DNA of 64,000 nt. Origin: a virus. Its lineage: Duplodnaviria > Heunggongvirae > Uroviricota > Caudoviricetes. Below are positions 8,982 to 19,582 of this stretch, one piece after another. The stretch covers positions 1 through 64,000 of IMG/VR virus record IMGVR_UViG_3300010356_001624. The stretch is one strand, 5' to 3'. Position numbers and translations under genes: made by a program. The notes under the pieces are model-generated. The model was not told the DNA's origin. It saw only the letters and a list, made by a program, of their open reading frames with translations, and made no database searches. How positions within the stretch are numbered: the first letter of the stretch is position 1; every line of letters begins with the position of its first letter.

Positions 8982-11900
8982 TTAAGACATTTTTAATGTA
9001 TATAAAGCATTTATTTTCAATTGATTGTTTTCATAATTTAATATATTTTTAACGAATTCACCACTTGATTGTAATGTTAAATCAAGACCCAAATCAGCAT
9101 ATACTAAAGGTGTCATTACTCTAGGTACTGGATATTTTAAAATTTTAGTACCCGAAAATTCAGTAATCATTTTATTTGGTGTTATTTTATGTTCAACATT
9201 TAATATTACATATGCACCATTAAACAATGGTATGTTTTCTAATTGAAAATATTGTGTTGGTTGTATTGTTGCATTACCTAACATTGTAACAGTCGCACCA
9301 TATGCCCTATTTTCATATAAATTATATAAATTTTGACCTTTAGGTACTGGCGCTGAATTTTTATCATCACCAACTAATCTTGAAAGTATTTGAATACTTT
9401 CATTAGTTTCAGGATATTCTTTACTATCAATTTTCATGTTAATAAACATGGATTGGTTTTGTTCTCCAAATCTAACACGAAAAGCACGTACTTGATTCCA
9501 AGGAAACGATTTATTTGAATCCATCATATTTCTATTAATATCATCTAAATCATTAACATTCTTTTTTCTATTAAAATCAATTAAATCTTTACTTTCTAAA
9601 TCAACAATACCATCAGTCTTAAAAAAATCAGTGTTTATTGATGGATAACTAGATGACCCACCAATGTACATACAAACAAAATGGGTAGATGGTGAATCGG
9701 GTATAATACCAGTTTTCATTTTAAAACAATCTTTCCAACTATCTTCAGTATTAAAAGTTAAAAAATTTTGTAACGGAAAAAATTCAAAGCCATTTACGAA
9801 CAATAATTGTGATAATGCAGTAAATACCGTAATATCTGGATTATCAAATATATCAATAAGTGCTTCAACATTAATAATAGTATCACCAATTGGATTCATT
9901 GCTCTATCAACAAAAGCAAAAGAATCAATCAAATTTTTACCTTTTGGGTTGAAAGGATAACCATTTTGTTCTTTATTACCACCACTCAACCATTTATCGT
10001 TTATGTTTTTAAATGAATAATATGTTTGTGTTATTATATCTATATCACCCCTAATTTCGTCATATTTTTTTTCTTCCTTTTCTAATTCTTTTTTTCTTTC
10101 ATCAATTTCTCTTTTTAATTTACTAAAAAAATTTTCAAAAAATAAAATATTTATCCTTTTTTTGTTGTTATCGTTATTAATTACATCTAATGATTCATAA
10201 TATGTTTTAAAATCATTTGAATTTTTTGGTTGAAATGTTGATTGATAATAATTTACAATATATTTTCTCTCCATTAATATTTTAATGATATTATCAAAAA
10301 ATTCTCCCTTATTATCATAACCAACAATATCTTTACCATCAAAAGATGGATTTAACAAATAACTATACACATCGCCATGTTTTCTATCTGTTTTATTGTA
10401 AATTTCTTTTCTTTTTTCTATTATTTTTAAATAACTATTTTTTATTGTATTAAAACTAAAATTTTCAAAATCGTTATATTCTATTTCAAATACTTCTTTA
10501 TCCTTTTCTGACAAATATTTATCAATATCATGTAAATCGGCAAGAATATAATAATATTTATTATAAAAATTTTTTATGGTTGTGTTTCCTGTTAAATAAT
10601 TAATTACAATATTTTTTATATTAATTTCTTTATTTATTTTTACCAATAAACCAATATATAATGGTACAAAAGAAGGTACTTCAATAATTCCAACATTATT
10701 GAAAAGTATATTATTTAATTGGTTTGGATAACCATTAAAAGGACTTAATGTGTTACCAAAATTAGATAAAATTAATAGCGATATAATAATATCATTATCA
10801 TACTTATTAAATTCGTTTTCTATAACCGATTCATTGTAATATAAATCTCTTGCTAATGTTTCTATAATATTTTCAAAATTATAAAAATAATTTTTAATAT
10901 TTTTATTATTTCTTTTGAAATTACCATGATTTATTAAATCATCAATTTCTATGTTTTTATATTCACCATTGTTGATATATAATGTATTTTTAAACTGACA
11001 TAAAAATCTAGTGTTCATACAAATATTTCTAACAATTTTAGTTTCATTATCATTATCAGGCTTATCTTCAAAATAAATTAAATTTTCTTTAGTGAATTTA
11101 AAATATGGTAGTATTGATTTTCTTTTACTTAACTTACTTTTTTTAAATTTATTTACAATTAAATCTAAATCTAATTCAGTAATCTCTGGTGGATTATTTA
11201 TTATTTTTAATCCAACATATGAATCATCATTTTTATTAATTGGAATTTCATATGTTTTTGTAATTGGTATTTTATTTATTGTATTGTTAGGAAAATTAAA
11301 AATGTTATTCTTTTCATCAAATTTTAAATCATGATATTTATCACGAAAATTATTATAGGTTTTTATGTTTTCAATATTTGTTTTCAACACATCAATATTT
11401 TCTTTATTTAATGCTAATGATATGTTAATTGCTTCTGCTTCAGAAAAATAATCAACATAAACACTTATAACTTTTTCATCAGCACCATAAAAATCATTAT
11501 TTAATATTGCTTGTGATAATATATAAAATCTTAATAATAATGTTTTAAATATATCATTACAAATACTATCAGTAGGATTGTATGGATTTTCGTTTATATT
11601 TTCAACGTTATTAAAATGAGAATCTATTGGAGATAATGGAATCCATAAATTAATATCATTATTGCCCTTTTGTATTTTAATTTGGGTATTTTTATTAATA
11701 ATTTTTTGATTTAAAAAAGAATTGATAAAATCATAAACCAAATCTAATTCAGGAAATTCAATATTGTTGTTTTTTAATTCAATTGGTGCAATTCTTTCTT
11801 CTCTATCACCATTATTTTTTATAATCAATGGAAAAGAATATATAGGATAATCAGTATCAAAATTTAAACTGACACTATCCCTTCTATGTGCATTTTCTGC

Positions 11901-13334
11901 TTTTATTGAAGTATCTCTTAGTTTATCAAAAAATTTATCTACATCATCTAATATTATTTTAAATACGTTGTAAATGGTTGGAAGCATACCCAATTCATTT
12001 TTTACTGCTTGATTTACAGAACTAATTAAATTTAAATTTAATAAATTTTTATTGTTAATATGATTTCCTCTTTTTTCAACAACCTTTTTATAAAAATCAG
12101 TAATATCTAATTCAACATATTCAGTTTTTATATTAACTATTGGTGATATACAACGATTACCAAAAAACGTTGTTGAATTTGGTATATCATTATTATTTGA
12201 ACTTGGAAATAAACTAATTAGCGTTTTTTTATATTTATTTAATGCAATAATTTTATTTTCTTTACTATCTAAAAAATTTAAATTGTTGTATGGTTTATTA
12301 TCATTTTCTTCTGTATACATAATTTTATTAACATATACAATTGATAATCTATTTTCATTTGTTGTTTTATTTTTTATTATGTCATCATATTCAAACAAAC
12401 CATTAATCAATCTAATTAATATACTATTATCATATGTTTCTGATAATGGTGTTGTTGTGGTTTCTTTTATTACAAGAAAAACATCACCATTTGTTTTTAA
12501 AGATATATTGTTTTTTATATTATTTATCGTATCAATTATTAAATTAATATTATCTAATTCTTTATTAACATCAACAAGTTGATTATATTCCTTAGTATTT
12601 TTTATATTATCGTTAACAATTGAATATAAATTTTTTATTTTTGTAAGTAATGAGTTTGTGTTTACTGGTATAATACTAGCATCTGGATTTGATTCATTTA
12701 CTTCATTAATAAGTGGCATATTAACAATATATCTAAATAAAATATCATTTAATGGTGCAAATGTCATGGCAACAAAACTTGCATCTATTACAAAATTACC
12801 TGTTTCTGATTGAAATTCTGATGTATATTTTGTTAAATGTAAATCATAAATAATTGGTTTACCATAATATCCTTTAATTGTTAATCTAAATGTTGGCGGT
12901 GGAAAATCAAAAATTATTCTATATGGTGAATTTTCTTGATTAAAAAATGATAATCCTCTAATATCAACAAATTGTATATTAACTTGTGGTATATATGATG
13001 AATTTATTTTTACATTAATATTACTAATACCAAAACTATCAAATGTTGTTTTTTTTCCTGTACTACCGTCATAATAATTAGTAGTAAATTTTAATTTATT
13101 TAGATTATTATTATCGTCTTGATTATTACCCAATAAATTAATTTTTATTAAATCTTCTGTTGTTGAAGAACTACCATTAATTTCTATTACTGTTCTACCT
13201 TTACGTTTCGCAATTAATTCCACAAAAATATACATATTTTGATATTGTGGAATACTATTAACAATTCTATTGTTAATGTTAAAAGTATTGGGGTCAATTA
13301 AAATGACATTACTAGTACCATCACTCATTTTCAA
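8982..13334 (-). CDS. very large (1450 aa) putative virion or ejection protein of unknown function
   Basis: Long uninterrupted ORF followed immediately by the SLT gene, embedded in the head-gene cluster on the opposite strand. Confidence 0.6.
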   Translation of the reverse strand: MKMSDGTSNVILIDPNTFNINNRIVNSIPQYQNMYIFVELIAKRKGRTVIEINGSSSTTEDLIKINLLGNNQDDNNNLNKLKFTTNYYDGSTGKKTTFDSFGISNINVKINSSYIPQVNIQFVDIRGLSFFNQENSPYRIIFDFPPPTFRLTIKGYYGKPIIYDLHLTKYTSEFQSETGNFVIDASFVAMTFAPLNDILFRYIVNMPLINEVNESNPDASIIPVNTNSLLTKIKNLYSIVNDNIKNTKEYNQLVDVNKELDNINLIIDTINNIKNNISLKTNGDVFLVIKETTTTPLSETYDNSILIRLINGLFEYDDIIKNKTTNENRLSIVYVNKIMYTEENDNKPYNNLNFLDSKENKIIALNKYKKTLISLFPSSNNNDIPNSTTFFGNRCISPIVNIKTEYVELDITDFYKKVVEKRGNHINNKNLLNLNLISSVNQAVKNELGMLPTIYNVFKIILDDVDKFFDKLRDTSIKAENAHRRDSVSLNFDTDYPIYSFPLIIKNNGDREERIAPIELKNNNIEFPELDLVYDFINSFLNQKIINKNTQIKIQKGNNDINLWIPLSPIDSHFNNVENINENPYNPTDSICNDIFKTLLLRFYILSQAILNNDFYGADEKVISVYVDYFSEAEAINISLALNKENIDVLKTNIENIKTYNNFRDKYHDLKFDEKNNIFNFPNNTINKIPITKTYEIPINKNDDSYVGLKIINNPPEITELDLDLIVNKFKKSKLSKRKSILPYFKFTKENLIYFEDKPDNDNETKIVRNICMNTRFLCQFKNTLYINNGEYKNIEIDDLINHGNFKRNNKNIKNYFYNFENIIETLARDLYYNESVIENEFNKYDNDIIISLLILSNFGNTLSPFNGYPNQLNNILFNNVGIIEVPSFVPLYIGLLVKINKEINIKNIVINYLTGNTTIKNFYNKYYYILADLHDIDKYLSEKDKEVFEIEYNDFENFSFNTIKNSYLKIIEKRKEIYNKTDRKHGDVYSYLLNPSFDGKDIVGYDNKGEFFDNIIKILMERKYIVNYYQSTFQPKNSNDFKTYYESLDVINNDNNKKRINILFFENFFSKLKREIDERKKELEKEEKKYDEIRGDIDIITQTYYSFKNINDKWLSGGNKEQNGYPFNPKGKNLIDSFAFVDRAMNPIGDTIINVEALIDIFDNPDITVFTALSQLLFVNGFEFFPLQNFLTFNTEDSWKDCFKMKTGIIPDSPSTHFVCMYIGGSSSYPSINTDFFKTDGIVDLESKDLIDFNRKKNVNDLDDINRNMMDSNKSFPWNQVRAFRVRFGEQNQSMFINMKIDSKEYPETNESIQILSRLVGDDKNSAPVPKGQNLYNLYENRAYGATVTMLGNATIQPTQYFQLENIPLFNGAYVILNVEHKITPNKMITEFSGTKILKYPVPRVMTPLVYADLGLDLTLQSSGEFVKNILNYENNQLKINALYTLKMS

Positions 13335-13409
13335 TAAATTTTAATATAAATACACTGTTTTTATTTTACTTTAATTGGGTTTTAACTATTTATTATTAAA
13401 AATAGAAAG

Positions 13410-13793
13410 TTGAATCAAAACGGTATATATTGGTATAATGATATGTTTTTTTATCTATTTGGTGGTTTGATGATTTTTATAATCACTATGTTAGTTTTCT
13501 TATATTTAAAATTACAAGAAAAAATAAAAGAAAATAAACAATTACAACAACAACATATTGCAAAAATAGATATAATTAGAAAAGAACAATCAATTACGTT
13601 AGAAAACATAAGAATTGAAATGTTAAAACGTGAAGATGAAAGAAATCGACAATGGTTTGAATCAGAAAAAGAAACACTTCATGTTTTAAATGGTATTTCA
13701 ATAGTGTTAGATTTATACGATAAAATGGATAAGGTTGGTAATGAGGAAATTTTAAAAAAATTAGACCAAATAATTGAAAAAATAAATGGATAA
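13410..13793 (+). CDS. small protein with an N-terminal transmembrane segment and a coiled-coil
   Basis: Hydrophobic stretch FYLFGGLMIFIITMLVFLYL followed by a charged helical region. Confidence 0.4.
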   Translation: MNQNGIYWYNDMFFYLFGGLMIFIITMLVFLYLKLQEKIKENKQLQQQHIAKIDIIRKEQSITLENIRIEMLKREDERNRQWFESEKETLHVLNGISIVLDLYDKMDKVGNEEILKKLDQIIEKING

Positions 13794-13952
13794 TTATAAA
13801 ATAAAAAATGATTTGAAAAAAATAGAAAGATTTAAAGAAGTAAATGAATCAATAAATCTTATTATAAAAAAAATGAAATATTGTTTATTTCTTAATGAAG
13901 ATAAAAATATTATTCAAAGAATGGATAATATAATCATTAAATCAAATCATTA
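13788..13952 (+). CDS. possible unannotated 54-aa ORF (MDNYKIKNDLKKIERFKEV...)
   Basis: ATG overlaps the upstream stop codon; the ORF is below the track's length cutoff. Confidence 0.2.
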
Positions 13953-13981
13953 ATTTTAACTATTTATATAAAATATATAAT

Positions 13982-14677
13982 ATGAGCAGAATATTACGAA
14001 AAGGTGATATTGGTTTTGGTATATTAATTGAAAATGATGCAGGATTTATAACACACGAATTAAACAATAATATACTAAATGAAGATTTTAAAATAAACCC
14101 AAATGAACCAATTTTAATTGATTGTATTTTACAAAAATGGGGAGTTAAAAATAAAAACGATAGGATTTATCCAAAAGAAGTATTAGTACCACAAGTAGAA
14201 ATTTATCAGGAATTAATAAAAAACAATAGTTCTGTTTCAGAAGCAGACCATCCTGAGAGTAGCATAATTTCTTTACAAAATATATCCCATTTATTAACAA
14301 AAATGTGGTGGGGTTCTGGTGAAAACGAAAATATATTATATGGAACAATAAAATTAATAGTAAGTCCTGGTTTTTTAAAATATGGTATTGTTTCTGTTAT
14401 TGGTGATAAAATTCTTTTATATTTACAAAATAAAATAAGATTGGGTATATCTAGTAGAGGTGTTGGTAGTTTAAAAGAAATAAATGGTGAAAATATTGTA
14501 CAAAATGATTTTGAATTAATTGGATTTGATTTGGTGGCAACACCAAGTACCCCTGGTGCATATTTATTTCCAAAAAGACATGATGATAAAAATTTTAATG
14601 AATTTTATGTGATTGAAAAAAAACCACAACTATTCGAAAATAAAATAATAAAAACATTAGATGATTTTTTACTTTAA
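13982..14677 (+). CDS. prohead core protease (T4 gp21-like)
   Basis: RIYPKEVL, ADHPESS, ISHLLTKMWW, LGISSRGVGSLKE and IGFDLVATPSTPGAY align with T4 gp21 RLYPKKVL, LDHPEDA, ACALLTKLEM, LGVSSRALGSLKP and IDIVADPSFADAF. Confidence 0.9.
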   Translation: MSRILRKGDIGFGILIENDAGFITHELNNNILNEDFKINPNEPILIDCILQKWGVKNKNDRIYPKEVLVPQVEIYQELIKNNSSVSEADHPESSIISLQNISHLLTKMWWGSGENENILYGTIKLIVSPGFLKYGIVSVIGDKILLYLQNKIRLGISSRGVGSLKEINGENIVQNDFELIGFDLVATPSTPGAYLFPKRHDDKNFNEFYVIEKKPQLFENKIIKTLDDFLL

Positions 14678-14755
14678 ATAAAGTAAAAATCGTCTTTTTA
14701 TCAATTAGTTTGTATTTATATTAAAATTATACTATTAGGTTGATATTTTATTGTT

Positions 14756-16327
14756 ATGAGTGATATAAAAAAAACATCAATTCTTAAAGAAGCATTATCT
14801 GATTATGATGAAATCATGAATGCTGCTAAAATTGTTGCGAATAAAAAATTAGAAGAAGAATATTCAAAACGATTTAATGAAATTATAAATGAAGAATTAA
14901 ATAAAAATAAAACAAAAGAATCCTATAAAAAAATGGATGATAATAAAGAATCTGATGAAGATGATGAAATTAATCAAAAAGAAGAATCTGTTATGAAAAA
15001 GAATGAAAAAGAAACTAAAAAAGTTAAAAAAACCACAGATGAATTAGAAAAACAAAAAGTGGTTGATGAAGATGTAAAAATTACTGATACTGTTGGTGAT
15101 AGTAACCCATATGAGAAAAAAGTTAACGAAAATAACGTTTCTGAAGAAAAAAATAAAGAAATTATGGGCGATGTTGAATCTAATACACCAAATATTGCAA
15201 CTAAAAAAAGCAAAGATGGTGATACATTCAAAGAAAAAACACCAAAAAAAGAAAACATCAAGGAAGAATTTGACATAACAGAATTGGATGTTAATCGAGT
15301 GGGTAATGCATTAGAATGTGCAAATGAAAGTGATGAATTTCAAATTGATGATGACGAAACATTTAGTTTAAATGATATTGAAAAAGAAATTAATGCATTA
15401 AATTCTGAAGATGAATTAGATGACTTAAATTCTGATGAAGAATTAGATGACTTAAATTCTGATGAAGAATTAGAAAATTCAGATTCTAATGAAATCAAAC
15501 CAACATCTAATAATTTGAATGATAAACTATATGAATTGCGTAATCAATTAGATGAAATTATTCAAAATTTTGATTCTAATATTCAAGAAGACGATGAACT
15601 TCAAGATATTGAAATTGATGATGAATTAGATAATCAACTTCAAGATATTGAAATTGATGATGAATTAGATAATCAACTTCAAGAAATTGAAATTACTGAT
15701 GATGATATCGATGCAGCACTTGCTGATAATGAAATCGATGAAACATTAGGAATGTCATATCCCAATAAAAGGGCTACAACTGGAAATATTCCTGATAAAG
15801 AATATCAAACACAAGGAAATGTTCAACGTATGCGTTTTTCTATGAGGGAATCTGAAAGAAGGATTAATGGTTTAATTAATGAGAATAAAAAACTCACAAA
15901 AAAATTAAATGAAAATAAAAAATACAAACAAACCGTATCCAAATTATTAGAACAATATAAAACCGCACTTGAAAAATATCGAAATCAATTGAAAGAAATG
16001 GCAACATTTAATACCAATTTAGCACACGTCAACAACTTATTGGTAAACGAAAATCTTGCCCTTACACAAAATGATAAAATTAATATTATCAACAACTTTA
16101 AAAAAATTGATAATATTGCTGAGTCACAGAAAAAGTATAACGAATTACTTGTAGAAATGCAAAAAAAACCAAATACTTTAACTGAAAGCATTGAAACGAA
16201 AGTGTCTGCTTCAATACAATCGTCTTCAAAGCAAAAACTTGACGAAGTTGTTGAAAAAACTGCATATGAAAATAATCAACATATCGAAAAAATTAAAAAG
16301 TTGATTAATTACGGAAGCAAAAAATAA
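14756..16327 (+). CDS. prohead scaffold protein (gp22-like): acidic, repeat-rich, coiled-coil
   Basis: Sits between the protease and the major capsid gene. Contains DELDDLNS and ELDNQLQDIEIDD tandem repeats and is strongly acidic. Confidence 0.65.
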   Translation: MSDIKKTSILKEALSDYDEIMNAAKIVANKKLEEEYSKRFNEIINEELNKNKTKESYKKMDDNKESDEDDEINQKEESVMKKNEKETKKVKKTTDELEKQKVVDEDVKITDTVGDSNPYEKKVNENNVSEEKNKEIMGDVESNTPNIATKKSKDGDTFKEKTPKKENIKEEFDITELDVNRVGNALECANESDEFQIDDDETFSLNDIEKEINALNSEDELDDLNSDEELDDLNSDEELENSDSNEIKPTSNNLNDKLYELRNQLDEIIQNFDSNIQEDDELQDIEIDDELDNQLQDIEIDDELDNQLQEIEITDDDIDAALADNEIDETLGMSYPNKRATTGNIPDKEYQTQGNVQRMRFSMRESERRINGLINENKKLTKKLNENKKYKQTVSKLLEQYKTALEKYRNQLKEMATFNTNLAHVNNLLVNENLALTQNDKINIINNFKKIDNIAESQKKYNELLVEMQKKPNTLTESIETKVSASIQSSSKQKLDEVVEKTAYENNQHIEKIKKLINYGSKK

Positions 16328-16353
16328 CAAAAAATAAATAAAAATTTAAAACA

Positions 16354-18036
16354 ATGGGATTTTTAATGGAAAGTGGCGAAGTTGGTAACATTGGTATTAA
16401 ACAACTTCGTGAACAAAGAGAAATTACGACAAACCGTTGGGAAAAAATTGGATTACTTGAAGGATTAGATGGCAATATTAAAGAAAATTGCGCTCAATTA
16501 TTCGAAAACCAATTATCTCATATGCTTAAAGAATCTTCTGATTCTACATCAAGCGGTCAATTTGAAACAGTTGCATTCCCTGTTATTCGTAGGGTGTTTG
16601 CAAAATTATTAGCAAACGATATTGTTTCAGTACAAGCACTTAACTTACCTTTAGGTAGATTATATTTTATCAATCCAAAGGCTAGTACACGTGTACAAGA
16701 TAGTACACATACAACAACACTTGGTAATATTCATACATCACCTGATGGTGCATATGGAAATGCTGCTGAAAAAACATCAACAAGTTCAACTAATTTTGAA
16801 ACTCGTTCATTATACGATGCATTCTATGCAACTGAATATAATGATGAAGGTACTTCATTATTCGATTTATCAAAAGGTAGTATTGATAGTAAATCAATTA
16901 CTGGTTTAACTGCTAAAGGTTATACAGCAGGAGATAAATTCGTTACTCTTGAAATCACAGGATTTACTACTGATAATGCAGGTAAATTGGTAGGTCCTGC
17001 TGGCGCACCAATGGATACCGAATCATTCCTTGCTGGATTAAAAGTAACAGCAAATAAAACTTTTACAGCACCAACTGGTTATACAAGTGAAAATATTGCA
17101 AGTGGAAATCCAATACCATTTAACGTAAAAGTTCAAAAATATGGACAGGGTATTGTGGATAAAAATGGTAAAATTGTTGTTTTACTTGATGTTCAATATC
17201 CTGGTAAAGATGGTTATCATGCATTAACCATTCCAACTGGAACTACTTATACTGCAACATATAGAACATATAGCGACCTTGAACAAGATTCAAGAATGGC
17301 AGAAGTAACATTCGTTCTTGATTATGTTACTGTAAGTGTTGAAACTCGTAAAATGAGAGCAATGTGGACACCTGAATTAGCACAAGACGTTTCTGCATTC
17401 CATAATATTGATGCTGAAGCAGAATTAACTGCATTGTTATCAGAACAAATGGCTGCTGAAATTGACCGTGAAATATTACGTGACTTAAGACGTGGTGCTG
17501 CATGGACTGCTCGTTGGGATTATAACGGATTAAGAAAAGGAACTAATACTTATTATGGTGTACAAAAAGACTGGAATCAAACGTTAATTACTAAAATTAA
17601 CCAAATTTCAGCACAAATTAATAAGTCAACATTACGTGGTGGTGCATCATGGATAGTTGTATCTCCTGAAGTTTCTGCTGTTTTTGATGACTTAGAATAT
17701 TTCCACGTTTCAAATGCTTCACCTGAACAAGATAAGTATAATATGGGTATTGAAAAAATTGGTACAATAGGTGGACGTTATGTTGTTTACCGTGACCCAT
17801 ATTCAGCACCTAATACTGTTCTTATTGGACATAAAGGAACTAGCATATTGGAAACCGGCTATATTTATGCACCATATATACCTATGCAATTAACACCTGT
17901 AATGTATAATCCATTTGATTTTACACCAATTCGTGGTATTTTAACACGTTATGCTAAGAAAATGGTTCTAAACCGTTACTATGGTAAAATCTTATGTGAT
18001 GGATTAACAACATTTGGTGTTGGTGATTTATCCTAG
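16354..18036 (+). CDS. major capsid protein (T4 gp23-like)
   Basis: IGLLEGLDG near the N-terminus. MRAMWTPELAQDVSAFHNIDAEAELTALLSEQMAAEIDREI aligns with T4 gp23 LKAAYSIELAQDLRAVHGMDADAELSGILATEIMLEINREV. The C-terminal GGRYVVYRDPY...YIYAPYIPMQLTP...ILTRY aligns with GGKYRVYIDQY...IYYAPYVALTP...FKTRY. Confidence 0.95.
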   Translation: MGFLMESGEVGNIGIKQLREQREITTNRWEKIGLLEGLDGNIKENCAQLFENQLSHMLKESSDSTSSGQFETVAFPVIRRVFAKLLANDIVSVQALNLPLGRLYFINPKASTRVQDSTHTTTLGNIHTSPDGAYGNAAEKTSTSSTNFETRSLYDAFYATEYNDEGTSLFDLSKGSIDSKSITGLTAKGYTAGDKFVTLEITGFTTDNAGKLVGPAGAPMDTESFLAGLKVTANKTFTAPTGYTSENIASGNPIPFNVKVQKYGQGIVDKNGKIVVLLDVQYPGKDGYHALTIPTGTTYTATYRTYSDLEQDSRMAEVTFVLDYVTVSVETRKMRAMWTPELAQDVSAFHNIDAEAELTALLSEQMAAEIDREILRDLRRGAAWTARWDYNGLRKGTNTYYGVQKDWNQTLITKINQISAQINKSTLRGGASWIVVSPEVSAVFDDLEYFHVSNASPEQDKYNMGIEKIGTIGGRYVVYRDPYSAPNTVLIGHKGTSILETGYIYAPYIPMQLTPVMYNPFDFTPIRGILTRYAKKMVLNRYYGKILCDGLTTFGVGDLS

Positions 18037-18051
18037 TAGGTACTTAACTTT

Positions 18052-18085
18052 ATTAAAGGGGGATGTTAAACACATCCCTTTTTTT
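18052..18085 (+). terminator. Rho-independent terminator: gggatgt / acatccc stem followed by a T-run
   Basis: Perfect 7-bp GC-containing stem, 5-nt loop, then tttttttattt, directly after the capsid gene. Confidence 0.65.
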
Positions 18086-18124
18086 ATTTCCAAAATAATA
18101 CTATTTTTGTAAAAATGTTTTTCT

Positions 18125-19582
18125 ATGGAAGCACACCAACATAAAATTAGAATAAAAAAATCAAAAGAAGAAATATTAGATTTTAATTATAAAAACATTT
18201 CTTTAGATAATACAGAAATTAAATTAATTGATAAAAACACTGCAAGTAAAATTATAATAGAATATGAATGGTTAAAAACAATGCCATATATTGTTAAATA
18301 TTGTTTTGGTATATATTTTAATACAGAAAATGGTCAAAAACTAGGTGGTGTTTTAGTTTTTAGTAATGATTATACAGAAAATACTGGTGTTTGGGATAAA
18401 TATGGATTTACAAATAAAATTTTATTATTAAGCAGGGGTGTTTGTTTATGGTGGACACCAAAAAATACAGCATCTTTTTTTATTTCTAGGGTTTGTAAAT
18501 GGTTAAAAAATAATACAAAATATAGAATAATAACAGCAACTGTTGACCCAGCAGCAGGTGAAATCGGAACAATTTATCAATCATTAAATTGGTTATATGT
18601 TGGTGTTATGTCTGGTAATTATTCCAATAATAAAGAAACAAAAAGATTTTCAGTATTAATTGATGGTAAATTAAGATATAGTAGATGGGTTAGAAATAAA
18701 TTGGGTACGATGAAAAAAAATGTTATTTTAAAACACTATCCCAATGCAATATTTTTACCACAATATAGAAAACATAGATATTTTTATTTTATAGACACAC
18801 CAAGAAATAATAAAAAACATAAAACATCTATAAATCATTTAATATTACCATATCCTAAAAGAAATGATGAAATTATTGGCGTTATTTATAAAATAAAAAA
18901 CAAAATAAACAACAAATTATATATTGGACAAACAATTCGTTCAATAAATGAAAAAATATTAGAATATAAAAATGGTTTGGGTAATGATTATATTAATAAT
19001 GCATTCAATAAGTATGGTTGGGATAATTTTGAATTTACAATAATTGATACGGCAAAAACAATTCAAGAACTAAACAATAAAGAAATTAAATATATTAGTG
19101 ATTATAAATCAAACCAAAAAGAATTTGGTTATAATATTGAAGGTGGTGGTAAAAATATAATACCAACAAAAGAAACTTTAGATAAAATGTCTATTTCTCA
19201 TTTAGGTATTAAACAATCTAAAGAATGGATTAATAAAAGAATTTCAAAAGCAGGTAGTAATGATGCAAAAAAATACGGTAGAAAAAAAACAAAGCAAGAT
19301 AAATTAATTTTAAGTAAAAATTCTTCTAAATATTGGTTAGGTAAAAACCATACAGAAGAAACTAAACAAAAAATTAGTAAAACAAAAAAACAAATTGGAT
19401 TGTCTGAAAAACAAAAAGAAATAATTTGCAAAAAGGTATTTAAAGTTAATTTAAAAACTAATGAAATTATTGAATTTGAATCAACAAAAAAGGCGAGTGT
19501 TTTTGAAAATGTTAATCAATCCACAATATCAAGATGGTGTAAAAATGAAAAAAGAGTAAATGGTTATTTATGGAAAAATTAA
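18125..19582 (+). CDS. GIY-YIG homing endonuclease with NUMOD3-like repeats, fused in-frame to a ~230-aa N-terminal domain of unknown function
   Basis: GVIYKIKNK...KLYIGQT...R...AFNKYGWDNFEF...KEIKYIS...GYNIEGGG is the GIY-YIG motif set of I-TevI/Seg-like enzymes. KISKTKKQIG and SISHLGIK resemble NUMOD3 repeats. The C-terminus reads ISRWCKNEK. Confidence 0.85.
   Translation: MEAHQHKIRIKKSKEEILDFNYKNISLDNTEIKLIDKNTASKIIIEYEWLKTMPYIVKYCFGIYFNTENGQKLGGVLVFSNDYTENTGVWDKYGFTNKILLLSRGVCLWWTPKNTASFFISRVCKWLKNNTKYRIITATVDPAAGEIGTIYQSLNWLYVGVMSGNYSNNKETKRFSVLIDGKLRYSRWVRNKLGTMKKNVILKHYPNAIFLPQYRKHRYFYFIDTPRNNKKHKTSINHLILPYPKRNDEIIGVIYKIKNKINNKLYIGQTIRSINEKILEYKNGLGNDYINNAFNKYGWDNFEFTIIDTAKTIQELNNKEIKYISDYKSNQKEFGYNIEGGGKNIIPTKETLDKMSISHLGIKQSKEWINKRISKAGSNDAKKYGRKKTKQDKLILSKNSSKYWLGKNHTEETKQKISKTKKQIGLSEKQKEIICKKVFKVNLKTNEIIEFESTKKASVFENVNQSTISRWCKNEKRVNGYLWKN

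Noticed and set aside
18125-19582. Splitting the 485-aa ORF into two genes, a unknown-function gene and a separate GIY-YIG gene
   Set aside because: There is no in-frame Met or stop between the N-terminal domain and the GIY-YIG motif, so it is kept as one fused ORF and the fusion is flagged as a finding.
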